This document shows, one piece after another, positions 1 through 9,684 of a stretch of 64,000 nucleotides of DNA. Source of the DNA: Bacteroidales bacterium (lineage in GTDB: Bacteria > Bacteroidota > Bacteroidia > Bacteroidales > UBA932). The notes below the pieces were generated by a model that was not told the origin of the DNA, made no database searches, and saw nothing but the letters and a program-made list of their open reading frames with translations. Each line of letters begins with the position of its first letter. The stretch's first letter is position 1. Position numbers and translations under genes: made by a program. The stretch lies in the NCBI GenBank assembly GCA_017550025.1, contig JAFYLU010000072.1, forward strand, positions 1,885 to 65,884, in the 5' to 3' direction.

Positions 1-5
1 TGTCA

Positions 6-1487
6 TTGAGCGCACAGCTCGGTACATCGATCTCTGACCAGTTCTACAACGGAAGCAACATCGGAGGTCCTATCGCTTCTACAAAGCTTGCAAACAAGTT
101 CAACGTATACATGCTTGACCAGGCTCTCAAGACTACAGGTCAGAGCAGATCACAGCATCAGGTACAGTCAATCTACGCACAGGCCGAGCTCGGTTACAAG
201 GGTGCTTACTACCTCACTGTAACAGGACGTAATGACTGGGATTCAGCACTCTTCGGACCTATGTCAACAAGACACAGCTTCTTCTACCCTTCAGTAGGTC
301 TCTCTACAGTGCTTTCACAGATCTTCAATCTTCCTGAGCAGATCGAGTATCTCAAGCTCCGCGGCTCATTCGCACAGGTAGGTACAGCATTTGCTCCGCA
401 GATCGCCAACCCGCTCCACTCATATGACAACAGCACAAACTCATATGCCACAAGCGCGAACTATCCGCTCGACCTCAAGCCAGAGATGACTTCTTCATGG
501 GAGTTGGGTCTTTCTTCAAGATTCCTTGACGGCTTCAGCCTCGACCTCACATGGTACTACACCAACACCAAGAACCAGACATTCGAGATTCCTCTTTCTT
601 CTGGTTCAGGATACTCTTCAGCATTCATCCAGTCAGGTAACATCCTCAACACCGGTATCGAGTTGTCATTGGGATATTCACACACATGGAACAAGTTCAC
701 ATGGAATACCAACTACACATTCTCGACTAACCACAATGAGGTTATCAGCCTTGCTGAGAACGTGAAGAACCCTGTGACTGGTGAGGACATCTCATTCGAC
801 AACCTCGCAAAGGGCGGTCTTGCAAACGCAAGATTCTACCTCACAGAGGGCGGTACACTCGGAGACCTCTATTCAAGAGCTGACCTCGTACGCGACAACA
901 ACGGAGCCATCTATGTAGATGAGGACGGCAACATCGCTACACGTACTCTTACTAACTTCGAGGATATGATCTACCTCGGCAGCGTTCTTCCAAAGGCTAA
1001 CATGTCTTGGAGAAACGACTTCAAGCTCGGTAACTTCAACCTCGGCGCTCTCGTTACAGCACGTCTCGGCGGTATCGTATATTCAAACACACAGGCGAAG
1101 CTCGACTGGTACGGTGTATCTGAGGTATCTGCTGACGCTCGTGACAACGGCGGAGTCCTTATCAACGGCGGTGACCTCGTAGACGCGAACCTCTGGTACA
1201 GCACTATCGCAGGTAGCGACACTGTTCCACAGTTCTATACTTACTCTGCTACAAACGTACGACTCCAGGAAGTGTCTTTCGGTTATACATTCCCACGCAA
1301 GCGTCTCGGCAATGTATGTGACCTTACTCTCCAGCTCGTAGGAAGAAACCTTCTTATGATCTACTGCAAGGCACCGTTCGATCCAGAGGCTGTAGCATCA
1401 ACAACTGATAACTACTATCAGGGACTTGACTACTTTATGACTCCTAACACAAGAAACATCGGTTTCAACATAAGACTTAATTTCTAA
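6..1487 (+). CDS. susC: SusC/RagA-family TonB-dependent transporter (C-terminal part; 5' end outside window)
   Basis: Barrel motifs YLTVTGRNDWDS, FFYPSVGLS, LKLRGSFAQVG, LKPEMTSSWELG, NVRLQEVSFGY and terminal Phe (IRLNF); directly followed by a SusD-like gene. Confidence 0.95.
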   Translation: MSAQLGTSISDQFYNGSNIGGPIASTKLANKFNVYMLDQALKTTGQSRSQHQVQSIYAQAELGYKGAYYLTVTGRNDWDSALFGPMSTRHSFFYPSVGLSTVLSQIFNLPEQIEYLKLRGSFAQVGTAFAPQIANPLHSYDNSTNSYATSANYPLDLKPEMTSSWELGLSSRFLDGFSLDLTWYYTNTKNQTFEIPLSSGSGYSSAFIQSGNILNTGIELSLGYSHTWNKFTWNTNYTFSTNHNEVISLAENVKNPVTGEDISFDNLAKGGLANARFYLTEGGTLGDLYSRADLVRDNNGAIYVDEDGNIATRTLTNFEDMIYLGSVLPKANMSWRNDFKLGNFNLGALVTARLGGIVYSNTQAKLDWYGVSEVSADARDNGGVLINGGDLVDANLWYSTIAGSDTVPQFYTYSATNVRLQEVSFGYTFPRKRLGNVCDLTLQLVGRNLLMIYCKAPFDPEAVASTTDNYYQGLDYFMTPNTRNIGFNIRLNF

Positions 1488-1501
1488 GGAGGATGTTTTA
1501 T

Positions 1502-3109
1502 ATGAAGAAAATTTTCAAATATATATTGATTTTTGCCGGTGCTTCTGTACTCGCAGCTGCATGTACCCGCAACTTCGAGGAGATGAACAGGGATCCGTTC
1601 GGAGCTGACGAAGAAGAGCTTTCGCGCGATGCATACAACGTGCGTACCGCCCTCGTCGGTCTCGCTGACGGTATCATCGCTCTCGACGTCAACACTACAC
1701 AGTTCACTGAAGCACTCCTTGGTGGTCCTCTTTCAGGCTACCTCGCAGATGCCAATGCCGGCTTCAACCAGAACAGCATAGGCAGATTCAACCCACCTAA
1801 CAACTGGACAAAGGTTCTCATGGAGGACTTCCCTTCAAGAATCTACCCTAACTACAGACAGCTCCAGAATGTGACTGACGACGAGACTATCCTCGCAGTA
1901 GGTGAAGTCATCAAGGTTGCAGGTATGCACCGCATCGCTGACACTTATGGCCCGATGCCATATTCACAGATCGGAGTTGACGGCGCTCTCCAGGTTCCGT
2001 TTGATTCACAGGAGAAGGCATACAAGACTATGATTTCAGAGCTTGATGCTGCTATCGAGGTTCTCACAAGAAACCGCACAAACAACTTCTCTGCCAATGC
2101 CGACATCATCTTCGGCGGTAACACAGAGAAATGGTGCCGTTACGCAAACTCACTCAAGCTTCGTCTTGCAATGCGTATGAGCTATGCTGACCCAGCATAT
2201 GCACAGAAGGCTGCTGAAGAGGTTGCTGCTCACGAGATCGGAACAATGGCATCAGCAGGCGACATCGCACAGCTCACCACTTTCGGTAAGGACGGTAACC
2301 CGCTTTATGTAGCCGTAAACTATAACCGCGTTTCTTCACACGAAGACGGTTCTGCATGTCTTACAACAGGTGACTCTCACGCTGCTGCCGACATCATCCT
2401 TTATATGAACGGTTACAAGGACCCTCGTCGTGCCGCTTACTTCACACAGAGCGAGTGGGAAGGATTTGAGTATGTAGGTCTCCGTCACGGTATCGTGATC
2501 CCTGACCACGCTACTGTAGGTCATAAGTATTCAGGTATCAAGCTCGACCAGTTCAGCTCCCCTATCATTCTCATGACTCCTGCAGAATCTGCATTCCTCA
2601 AGGCTGAGGCCGTTGCTGTATTCGGATGGAACATGGGTGGTTCTGCACAGTCATTCTATGAGGAAGGTATCAGCCTTTCATTCGAGCAGTGGGGCGTAAA
2701 CGGAGCAGCTTCATACATGTCAGACGTGACTTCAATCCCTGGCACATACACCGACCCTGCAGGAACAAACTCATATAATAACGCTCTTACTACTCTTGCA
2801 GTAGCATGGGACGAGAGCGCATCGGCAGAGCAGAAGCAGGAGAGAATCATGATCCAGAAGTGGATCGCGAACTTCCCTCTTGGTAACGAGAGCTGGGCAG
2901 ACATCCGCAGAACAGGATACCCTAACATCCTTCCATGCGAAGATGCTGCAAACAATTCAGGCGGAATCGTTTCAAACGAAGGCCCACGCCGTATCAAGTA
3001 TCCGCAGGAGGAGTACACAAGCAACGCAACATATCTTAACGAAGCTATCGGCTTGTATCTCAACGGACCGGATGAGATGTCAACAAAGCTTTGGTTCGAC
3101 TGCAAATAA
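1502..3109 (+). CDS. susD: SusD/RagB-family glycan-binding lipoprotein
   Basis: Lipobox LAAAC; DTYGPMPYS, KWCRYANSLKLRLAMR, IMIQKWIANFP, WADIRRTGYP, KLWFD. Start taken at MKKIFK (1502) rather than 1493. Confidence 0.95.
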   Translation: MKKIFKYILIFAGASVLAAACTRNFEEMNRDPFGADEEELSRDAYNVRTALVGLADGIIALDVNTTQFTEALLGGPLSGYLADANAGFNQNSIGRFNPPNNWTKVLMEDFPSRIYPNYRQLQNVTDDETILAVGEVIKVAGMHRIADTYGPMPYSQIGVDGALQVPFDSQEKAYKTMISELDAAIEVLTRNRTNNFSANADIIFGGNTEKWCRYANSLKLRLAMRMSYADPAYAQKAAEEVAAHEIGTMASAGDIAQLTTFGKDGNPLYVAVNYNRVSSHEDGSACLTTGDSHAAADIILYMNGYKDPRRAAYFTQSEWEGFEYVGLRHGIVIPDHATVGHKYSGIKLDQFSSPIILMTPAESAFLKAEAVAVFGWNMGGSAQSFYEEGISLSFEQWGVNGAASYMSDVTSIPGTYTDPAGTNSYNNALTTLAVAWDESASAEQKQERIMIQKWIANFPLGNESWADIRRTGYPNILPCEDAANNSGGIVSNEGPRRIKYPQEEYTSNATYLNEAIGLYLNGPDEMSTKLWFDCK

Positions 3110-3124
3110 TAAGGAGGAACAACT

Positions 3125-4207
3125 ATGAACAATATACTTAAAACAATAGCATTGTCCGCAGCGGTTATCCTTGGTGCAGCCGCTTGCAGCGAATGGACAG
3201 AGCAGCAGCCGGTAGATTTCAACTACCTCACTATCGAGGACAAGAATCCTGAGCTCTACGCTGCTTACATGCAGTCCATCAGAGACTACCATGCGACAGA
3301 GCACCAGGTTCTGATTGCAAGATTCGACAACAAGGCCGGCGCTCCTGCAGGCCGCGCAGACCACATCACATGTCTTCCTGACAGCGTGGACATCGTTGTG
3401 CTCAACAACTACGAGCTCATCAACGAGAACACATTGAAGGAAGTAGAGGAAATTCGCGTAAAGAAGGCGGTTCCTACACTCATCTCTCTTGATTATGCTG
3501 CTCTCGAGAAGGAGTACAAGGCATATCTTGAGACTCTCGCAGCTGAGACTCCGGAAGAAGTCGAGGAAACAGAACCAGCAGAAGGCGAGGAAGGTACAGA
3601 AGTGGATCCAGAGGCAATGCGCAATCAGTGGTTCGCTGACAAGGCTGCAGCATTTGTGGCAAAGGCGAAGCAGTATGATATGGCTGGCGTTATGGTAAGC
3701 TATACAGGCAAGGGTCTTCTCAGCCTCAAGGAGGATGAGCTGGCAGCAAATCAGGCTTTCCAGGAAGCTTTCTTTGCTCCGGTCCTCAGCTATGTGGCAG
3801 AGACTGGCAACATGTTCTTCTATGAAGGAAACCCTACAACACTTGTAGCTCCGCAGGATGTTCTTGCCCAGGCAACATATGTCATTGTACCTGCAGAAGA
3901 TGTGACTACAATCGTAGGATTCAACTTCGCTGTAAGCATGGCTATGGGAACAGGTGTTCCAAGCGACAGATTCGTTATCGGTGTGACAGCTTTCGACGTT
4001 ACTGACGAAACTGCTACAGACGGTCTCTTCAGCGGTGGAATCTCTGCTATCGAGGGCGCAGCAAGATGGGCTGTCGCTCCAGCATCAAACTACAGCAAGG
4101 CTGGCGTATGCGTAAACCATGCACAGTTCGACTACTACAACATGCAGAACGTATATCGCGAAATCAATGCTGCGATTGCTACCATGAACCCTTCACCAAT
4201 CAAATAA
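3125..4207 (+). CDS. GH18-like (endo-beta-N-acetylglucosaminidase-like) lipoprotein with degenerate catalytic motif
   Basis: Lipobox AAAC; N-terminal YAAYMQSIRDYHATEH and LPDSVDIVVL typical of PUL GH18-like proteins next to SusD; DxDxE position reads MAGVMVSYTG. Confidence 0.75.
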   Translation: MNNILKTIALSAAVILGAAACSEWTEQQPVDFNYLTIEDKNPELYAAYMQSIRDYHATEHQVLIARFDNKAGAPAGRADHITCLPDSVDIVVLNNYELINENTLKEVEEIRVKKAVPTLISLDYAALEKEYKAYLETLAAETPEEVEETEPAEGEEGTEVDPEAMRNQWFADKAAAFVAKAKQYDMAGVMVSYTGKGLLSLKEDELAANQAFQEAFFAPVLSYVAETGNMFFYEGNPTTLVAPQDVLAQATYVIVPAEDVTTIVGFNFAVSMAMGTGVPSDRFVIGVTAFDVTDETATDGLFSGGISAIEGAARWAVAPASNYSKAGVCVNHAQFDYYNMQNVYREINAAIATMNPSPIK

Positions 4208-4210
4208 GGT

Positions 4211-5395
4211 ATGACTATGAATATGATTAAATATGGTGTGATAGCCCTTTCCGCTGCATTTGCATTCGCATCTTGCCAGACTGAAAAGGAGGCTTTGGAA
4301 GAGCACCATTTCAATAACAAACTTTACATCAACACCCAGACCGTATCTGAGGAGCTTCTGGTAAAGGCAGGTTCCGGAGATATGGTGCGCACACTCAACA
4401 TTGCGACAGCACTCCAGGTTGAGGAAGATCTTTCAGGCGTACTCGTTGCTGACACAGCTATGGTAGATCAGTTCAGAAGTGAATATCAGATGTCTGAAGC
4501 AGTGGCACTTCCATTGTCATGCTGCACCATCGACAATCCTGAGATGACTATCAGAAAGGGATCTAACAGCTCTGCTCCTGCAACAATCACATTCACAAAC
4601 CTCGGCAACCTCAACCGTAACATCGTTTACGTGATGCCTATCGCTCTCAAGAATGTCACTGACATCAATGTGATTGCATCAAAGACTGTGGTTTATTATG
4701 TATTCAAGGGTGCTGCCCTCATCAACGTTGTCTGCAACTTCACAGAGAACCGCGCAGGTGCAAAGGAGTGGAAGACACCGGAGAAGTTCAAGAACATGAC
4801 ACAGTTCACTGCAGAGTGCCTCGTGCGCCAGAATGTGGCAGGAAGACTTATCTCAACCCTTATGGGTGTTGAGGGTCACTACCTCCTCCGTATCGGTGAC
4901 GCCGGCGTTCCTAACACACAGCTTCAGATTGCTTCAAGCTCTAACAGAACAAACTCTGGCATGACCTTCACCCTCGGCAAGTGGACACATGTTGCATGTG
5001 TATTCGACAACGGATATACAACTGTTTACTTTGACGGAAAGAAGGTTCTTGACAGAGAGAGCGCAGGCCGCTCAAGCGTGACTTGGGGAGCATATGGCAG
5101 CGATATGGGTGAGACATCAGGACGTTATTTCTGGATCAGCTACTCTTATGCTGCAGACCGTTACCTCGATGGTGAAATGGCTGAAGTTCGTATCTGGAAC
5201 CGTTGCCTCTCTGAAGAGGAAATCAACGCAGACGCTCACTTCTACACTGTCGACCCTAACTCTGAAGGACTCGCTGCATACTGGAAGATGGACGATGGCG
5301 CAGGTACTGTCATCAAGGACTACTCTCCAAACGGCAACGACCTTACACTCGAAAAGGCGACAACATGGCCTAAGGTTTCACTCCCTGAAATGTAA
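4211..5395 (+). CDS. DUF1735 + LamG/concanavalin-like surface glycan-binding lipoprotein
   Basis: Lipobox FASC; VYVMPIAL (DUF1735 end); LamG motifs KWTHVACVFD, GEMAEVRIWNR, GLAAYWKMDDGAG. Confidence 0.88.
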   Translation: MTMNMIKYGVIALSAAFAFASCQTEKEALEEHHFNNKLYINTQTVSEELLVKAGSGDMVRTLNIATALQVEEDLSGVLVADTAMVDQFRSEYQMSEAVALPLSCCTIDNPEMTIRKGSNSSAPATITFTNLGNLNRNIVYVMPIALKNVTDINVIASKTVVYYVFKGAALINVVCNFTENRAGAKEWKTPEKFKNMTQFTAECLVRQNVAGRLISTLMGVEGHYLLRIGDAGVPNTQLQIASSSNRTNSGMTFTLGKWTHVACVFDNGYTTVYFDGKKVLDRESAGRSSVTWGAYGSDMGETSGRYFWISYSYAADRYLDGEMAEVRIWNRCLSEEEINADAHFYTVDPNSEGLAAYWKMDDGAGTVIKDYSPNGNDLTLEKATTWPKVSLPEM

Positions 5396-5406
5396 AAGAT
5401 AAGACA

Positions 5407-6810
5407 ATGAAACACATATTTAATAAAATAGCGGCAGTTGCCGTATCCGGACTCTGTCTCGCAGCTTGTGTCGAGCCTATTACGGTCGACAAGGTTGATG
5501 AGTCGGCTTTCAACAATGTGACAAGCCTTGTAGGAAGCGTCCGCGATCTTAACACTAACAAGCAGGACAATGTTGTGGAGATCCGCAAGGAGGACTACAA
5601 CACTTCAATCCTGTTCACCCTCGCCCGTGCTCCAAAGAAGGGAGTTGACGTGAAGGTGACATATGATGCAGAGTATGTGAAGACATACAACGGCGTTCAC
5701 GGCACTGCATTCGAGGCTCTTCCACAGGAGCAGTTCTCTCTCCAGAATGACGGAAAGATCGTTGTCGCACCAGATGAGACACGTTCATTCGCACTCGACC
5801 TGACAATCAACAAGTTTGAGGATACAGAAGAGAAGACATATGTACTTCCTCTCAAGGCTACAGTAAGCACTGAAGGAGTAGTTGCATCAGAGACAAGACT
5901 TGTATATCTCGTAAAGAACATGTCTTTCCAGAGCGTAGCAAAGCTTAACAAGGACAAGCAGGTTATCGTTTTCTTCGAGGTTAACAACACCAACCCTCTT
6001 AACGCACTCCAGTTCGAGACAGAGGACGGACACCTCCTCATCGACTACCTCGTGCTCTTCGCATACAACATCAACTATGATGCAGAGAAGGGTCGCGTAT
6101 ACTGCTTCGCCAACCCACAGTGCCAGTACATCCTCGATCACTATGACGAGATCATCAAGCCTCTCCGTGAGCGCGGTGTGAAGGTAATCATCAGTGTCCT
6201 CGGTAACCACGACATGGCGGGTCTCGCACAGCTTTCAGACATGGGTGCACGCGAGTTCGCTAAGGAAATGGCTGCTCTCGTTTACGGTTATGGCTTCGAC
6301 GGTATCAACTATGACGACGAGTATTCGGCATCACCTGACACATCTATCCCTTGGTTTACAAGCCCAAGCTACGAGGCTGGTAACCGTCTCTACTTCGAGA
6401 CCAAGAAGGCTATGCCTGACAAGGAGATGATCAGCTATCAGTTCGGTGCTGCTCTCGGTAACGCTGCAGTTGACGGCGTAGCTCCTGGCGACTACATGAG
6501 CATCTGCGTAGGTGACTACGGTGTGAAGGGAAGACCATACGACGGCATGACAGTAGCAAACTGCTCATACCAGTCAAGTGAGTTCGCACAGTGGCGTTCT
6601 ACTCCTACACAGGGTGAGGTGACAAACTTCGTCAACTCTGAATATGGCTACTGGATGGTATTCTCATTGTGGAATGACATGAGCCAGACACAGAGAGACT
6701 TCAACGCCATGAACTACCTGGCTCAGGGTATCTATGGAACAAACCTCAAGAAGCCAACTATCTGCTACCCAGCAACAACATCATTGGAGTCTAGACCTAT
6801 TTCATGGTAA
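5407..6810 (+). CDS. DUF1735 + GH18 endo-beta-N-acetylglucosaminidase (EndoF1/BT3987-like) lipoprotein
   Basis: Lipobox LAAC; FFEVNNTNPLN, VLFAYNIN, SVLGNHD and intact catalytic motif FDGINYDDEY. Confidence 0.9.
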   Translation: MKHIFNKIAAVAVSGLCLAACVEPITVDKVDESAFNNVTSLVGSVRDLNTNKQDNVVEIRKEDYNTSILFTLARAPKKGVDVKVTYDAEYVKTYNGVHGTAFEALPQEQFSLQNDGKIVVAPDETRSFALDLTINKFEDTEEKTYVLPLKATVSTEGVVASETRLVYLVKNMSFQSVAKLNKDKQVIVFFEVNNTNPLNALQFETEDGHLLIDYLVLFAYNINYDAEKGRVYCFANPQCQYILDHYDEIIKPLRERGVKVIISVLGNHDMAGLAQLSDMGAREFAKEMAALVYGYGFDGINYDDEYSASPDTSIPWFTSPSYEAGNRLYFETKKAMPDKEMISYQFGAALGNAAVDGVAPGDYMSICVGDYGVKGRPYDGMTVANCSYQSSEFAQWRSTPTQGEVTNFVNSEYGYWMVFSLWNDMSQTQRDFNAMNYLAQGIYGTNLKKPTICYPATTSLESRPISW

Positions 6811-6822
6811 AGAATTAGAATT

Positions 6823-8358
6823 ATGAAGAAAATTATATCAATAATGACAATGGCTGCCGTGATGTTGTGGTCATGTCAGGAAAAAGAACAGGTCGGAAAC
6901 GTTGCTGCCGGCAGCGTAGAGGTCGCAGGAGATGTCGTTGACGGACAGATTCTTGCTGCTGCTGAAGGTGGTGCGTACCAGGTCAATGTAAAATCTTCAG
7001 GAGAATGGCGTGTGTCCGGTCTCGCTGAATGGGTTACTCTTTCTGCTGAAAAGGGAAAAGACGGTCAGTCTGTTGTCTTCAACGTTTCTCCAAACGACAA
7101 GGCAACTGCAAGAACCGCTACATTCAAGATCTTCAGTGCATCTGCTGTTCAGGCCGTGACTATCGTTCAGGCTCCTGTATATGCAATCACTCTTCTTTCT
7201 GATGCAACTGCGGATTTCACTGCGGACGCAAGCAAGCTTTATGTGAAGCTTGAGTCAAACGTAGAGGAGTTCACATACGACTTCGGCGGAGCTGACTGGA
7301 TCAGCTTTGACAAGGTTGACGACGTTTTCGGTAAAAAGGTTGTATCATTCGACATCAAGCGTTCACAGGATTTCAATTCAAGAGCTACAGTTCTTACTCT
7401 TGGAGGTACAAATTCTGACGATCAGATTGTCATCAATGTAAACCAGGCTCAGAGAGATACTGCATTCGTAGAAAGCGGCAACAGATTCGTAGAGGGACTT
7501 GAGGCAATCTCACTTAACCTTGTAATCAAGAGTAATGTTGAGATTTCATATTCTGTTCCTTCATGGCTTATCGAGACTGTAGGTCAGGAAGTTGAATCAG
7601 ATGAGAATGGTCTCAGAAGCAAGTCTGTAAACTTCTCTGCTGAAGCTTCTGCAGGCAGCCGCTCTACTACAATTTCATTCAAGAAGGGAAGCACTGTCGT
7701 AGGTTCAGTATTCATCAAGCAGCAGAACCCTAACCCGGTATTTGTAAATATCGCTGATGCAAACCTCAGATACCTCCTTGAAAGCCAGGGTATGCTTATC
7801 GACGAAGGTGGTCAGTGCGAGCTTCTCGGACCAGGAATGGAGGCTACATCTCTTACTATTGGTGAAACAAACGCAAATATGTATAGTGCGGATCCGATTG
7901 CTTCTGTTGAAGGTCTTGAGGGATTCCCTAAGCTTGAGAGCCTCACCCTTGGCAATATTAAAGTGTCAAAGATAGATGTCAGCAACTATCCTAAGTTGAA
8001 TGAACTTAATCTAATTAATCTTAATTGGATAACAGAGATTAATACAGGAAATAGGCCTATTACTAACTTGACTAATGTGGGTGGCTATTATACATATATC
8101 GAGCAACCTTTGAATATTGTAATTAAGGGTGTGAATCTTATTGATATAGATTACAGTGTTCCATATGACAACTGGTATGTGGATTGGGAACAGCTGGAGT
8201 CGATAGATGTTACTGGATGTCCTAAGTTGGAAACTCTTAATGTGAAGAGAGAAAATAGCTATGGCCAATCTGCATTGCATACTCTTTACATGACTGCTGC
8301 TCAGGCAGAATCTGTTTCAGTGACTAAACTAGATAAGACTCAAATCGTAGTAAGGTAA
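6823..8358 (+). CDS. BACON-repeat lipoprotein with C-terminal leucine-rich-repeat-like region
   Basis: Lipobox LWSC; BACON-type motifs (WVTLS...RTATFKI...VTIVQA, WISF...RATVLTL...INVNQA); LRR-like LEGFPKLESLTL, DVSNYPKLNELNL, DVTGCPKLETLNV. Confidence 0.75.
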   Translation: MKKIISIMTMAAVMLWSCQEKEQVGNVAAGSVEVAGDVVDGQILAAAEGGAYQVNVKSSGEWRVSGLAEWVTLSAEKGKDGQSVVFNVSPNDKATARTATFKIFSASAVQAVTIVQAPVYAITLLSDATADFTADASKLYVKLESNVEEFTYDFGGADWISFDKVDDVFGKKVVSFDIKRSQDFNSRATVLTLGGTNSDDQIVINVNQAQRDTAFVESGNRFVEGLEAISLNLVIKSNVEISYSVPSWLIETVGQEVESDENGLRSKSVNFSAEASAGSRSTTISFKKGSTVVGSVFIKQQNPNPVFVNIADANLRYLLESQGMLIDEGGQCELLGPGMEATSLTIGETNANMYSADPIASVEGLEGFPKLESLTLGNIKVSKIDVSNYPKLNELNLINLNWITEINTGNRPITNLTNVGGYYTYIEQPLNIVIKGVNLIDIDYSVPYDNWYVDWEQLESIDVTGCPKLETLNVKRENSYGQSALHTLYMTAAQAESVSVTKLDKTQIVVR

Positions 8359-8359
8359 T

Positions 8360-9532
8360 ATGATTATGAAGAAATTTATTACAATAGTATCTATGATGGC
8401 CGCTTTTGCGGCGGCCATCACTTCCTGCAACAAGGAAGAAATCGTCGGAACTGCCGATGGAGAAGGCCTTTACCTTAACAAGGTAGAGCTCACCCTCGTG
8501 AAAGGCAATTCCGAGGCTTTGGTGGCAACTGTCACTCCGAAAGATGCTGCAAAGCTTACTTGGGCTTCAGCTGACAACGCTGTTGCTACAGTTGACACAA
8601 AGGGTCTTGTACAGGCTGTAGGTGCAGGTGAGACTACAATCACAGCAACTGCTGCCGGCAGAAAGGTAGAGTGCCTTGTTTCTGTACAGTCTCCTGTAAC
8701 TGTTCTTACTCTTGATAAGTCTGAAGTATTCATCTACAAGGGAGAGGAGACCGAGGTTGTCGCTACCGTAGGACCAGAGGACATCAACGTTCCTTTCAAG
8801 TACACATGGACTTCATCTGATGAGACTATCTTCACTGTTACTGCTGACGCTGCTGACCCAAGCAAGGCTGTAGTAAAGGGTAAGATGGGTGGTTTTGCTA
8901 CTCTTTATGTTCAGGCTGGTGATGTAACTACATCTATTCCTGTAACAATTGACGTTGACCTCGCAGGCCTCGTAATCACAGGCGTGCCTACAGGTAAGGT
9001 CTACAAGGGTGACAGCTTCCAGCTTGGTGTTGACAAGGATCCTCTTGATGCAATTGACGTTCTTTCACCAGTTTGGAGCAGCTCTGACGAGTCAATCCTT
9101 ATTGTTGACCAGAATGGTCTTGTAAATGCAGTAGGTGCAGGTACAGCTTCTATCACCGTAGAGTCTAATGGTTTCTCTACATCGGTAGAGTTCACTGTGA
9201 AGGTGATGACAACAATCGAGTTCCTCCCTAAATCGGCAACTTACACTACTGGTGACCTCACATTCACAGCGACAGGAAACGCTTCATTCTACAGCAGCTA
9301 CTTCCGTCTGAGAAGCAACAACACATTGACATTCTCTGTTCCAGAGGGATTGAAGATCGCCGAGATCGTATTCACTCCTTACAGCTCTTCTTACCCATTG
9401 GCAGCGAATGTTGACAACGGTACATACAATGCTTCATCTTACACTTGGACAGGTGAAAGCCAGGAGGTAACATTCACTGTTACTACTTCATCTACTTACA
9501 TGAGAGGTATCAAGGTTACTTATAAGGACTAA
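8360..9532 (+). CDS. Ig-like (Big_2) repeat surface lipoprotein
   Basis: Lipobox ITSC; three Big_2-type repeats (LTWASADNAVATVD..GLVQAVGAGETTIT; YTWTSSDETIFTV; VWSSSDESILIVDQNGLVNAVGAGTASIT). Confidence 0.8.
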   Translation: MIMKKFITIVSMMAAFAAAITSCNKEEIVGTADGEGLYLNKVELTLVKGNSEALVATVTPKDAAKLTWASADNAVATVDTKGLVQAVGAGETTITATAAGRKVECLVSVQSPVTVLTLDKSEVFIYKGEETEVVATVGPEDINVPFKYTWTSSDETIFTVTADAADPSKAVVKGKMGGFATLYVQAGDVTTSIPVTIDVDLAGLVITGVPTGKVYKGDSFQLGVDKDPLDAIDVLSPVWSSSDESILIVDQNGLVNAVGAGTASITVESNGFSTSVEFTVKVMTTIEFLPKSATYTTGDLTFTATGNASFYSSYFRLRSNNTLTFSVPEGLKIAEIVFTPYSSSYPLAANVDNGTYNASSYTWTGESQEVTFTVTTSSTYMRGIKVTYKD

Positions 9533-9567
9533 TTACAGACCAGATAAGGTAATTTAAAATACTGAAT

Positions 9568-9601
9568 GCGCCAGCCCCGTCAAAACGAGGCTGGCGTTTT
9601 T
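9568..9601 (+). terminator. Intrinsic terminator ending SusC/D cassette A
   Basis: Stem GCGCCAGCC(CCGT) / (ACGA)GGCTGGCGT followed by a T-run, about 35 nt after the 9532 stop. Confidence 0.85.
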
Positions 9602-9620
9602 CATTTACGGGAATTAATTG

Positions 9621-9628
9621 TATATTTG
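9621..9628 (+). promoter_or_regulatory. Bacteroidota sigma-A -7 promoter box for the GH92-GH125/GH92 pair
   Basis: TATATTTG matches TAnnTTTG, right after the terminator and about 56 nt before ATG 9685. Confidence 0.7.
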
Positions 9629-9684
9629 TAGGTTGGCAGCAAAAGCGCCCAGACACACAGAAAACAATTGATAACCAAATTATA

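Noticed and set aside
7950-8358. Diversity-generating retroelement target
   Set aside because: No template repeat or reverse transcriptase in the window.
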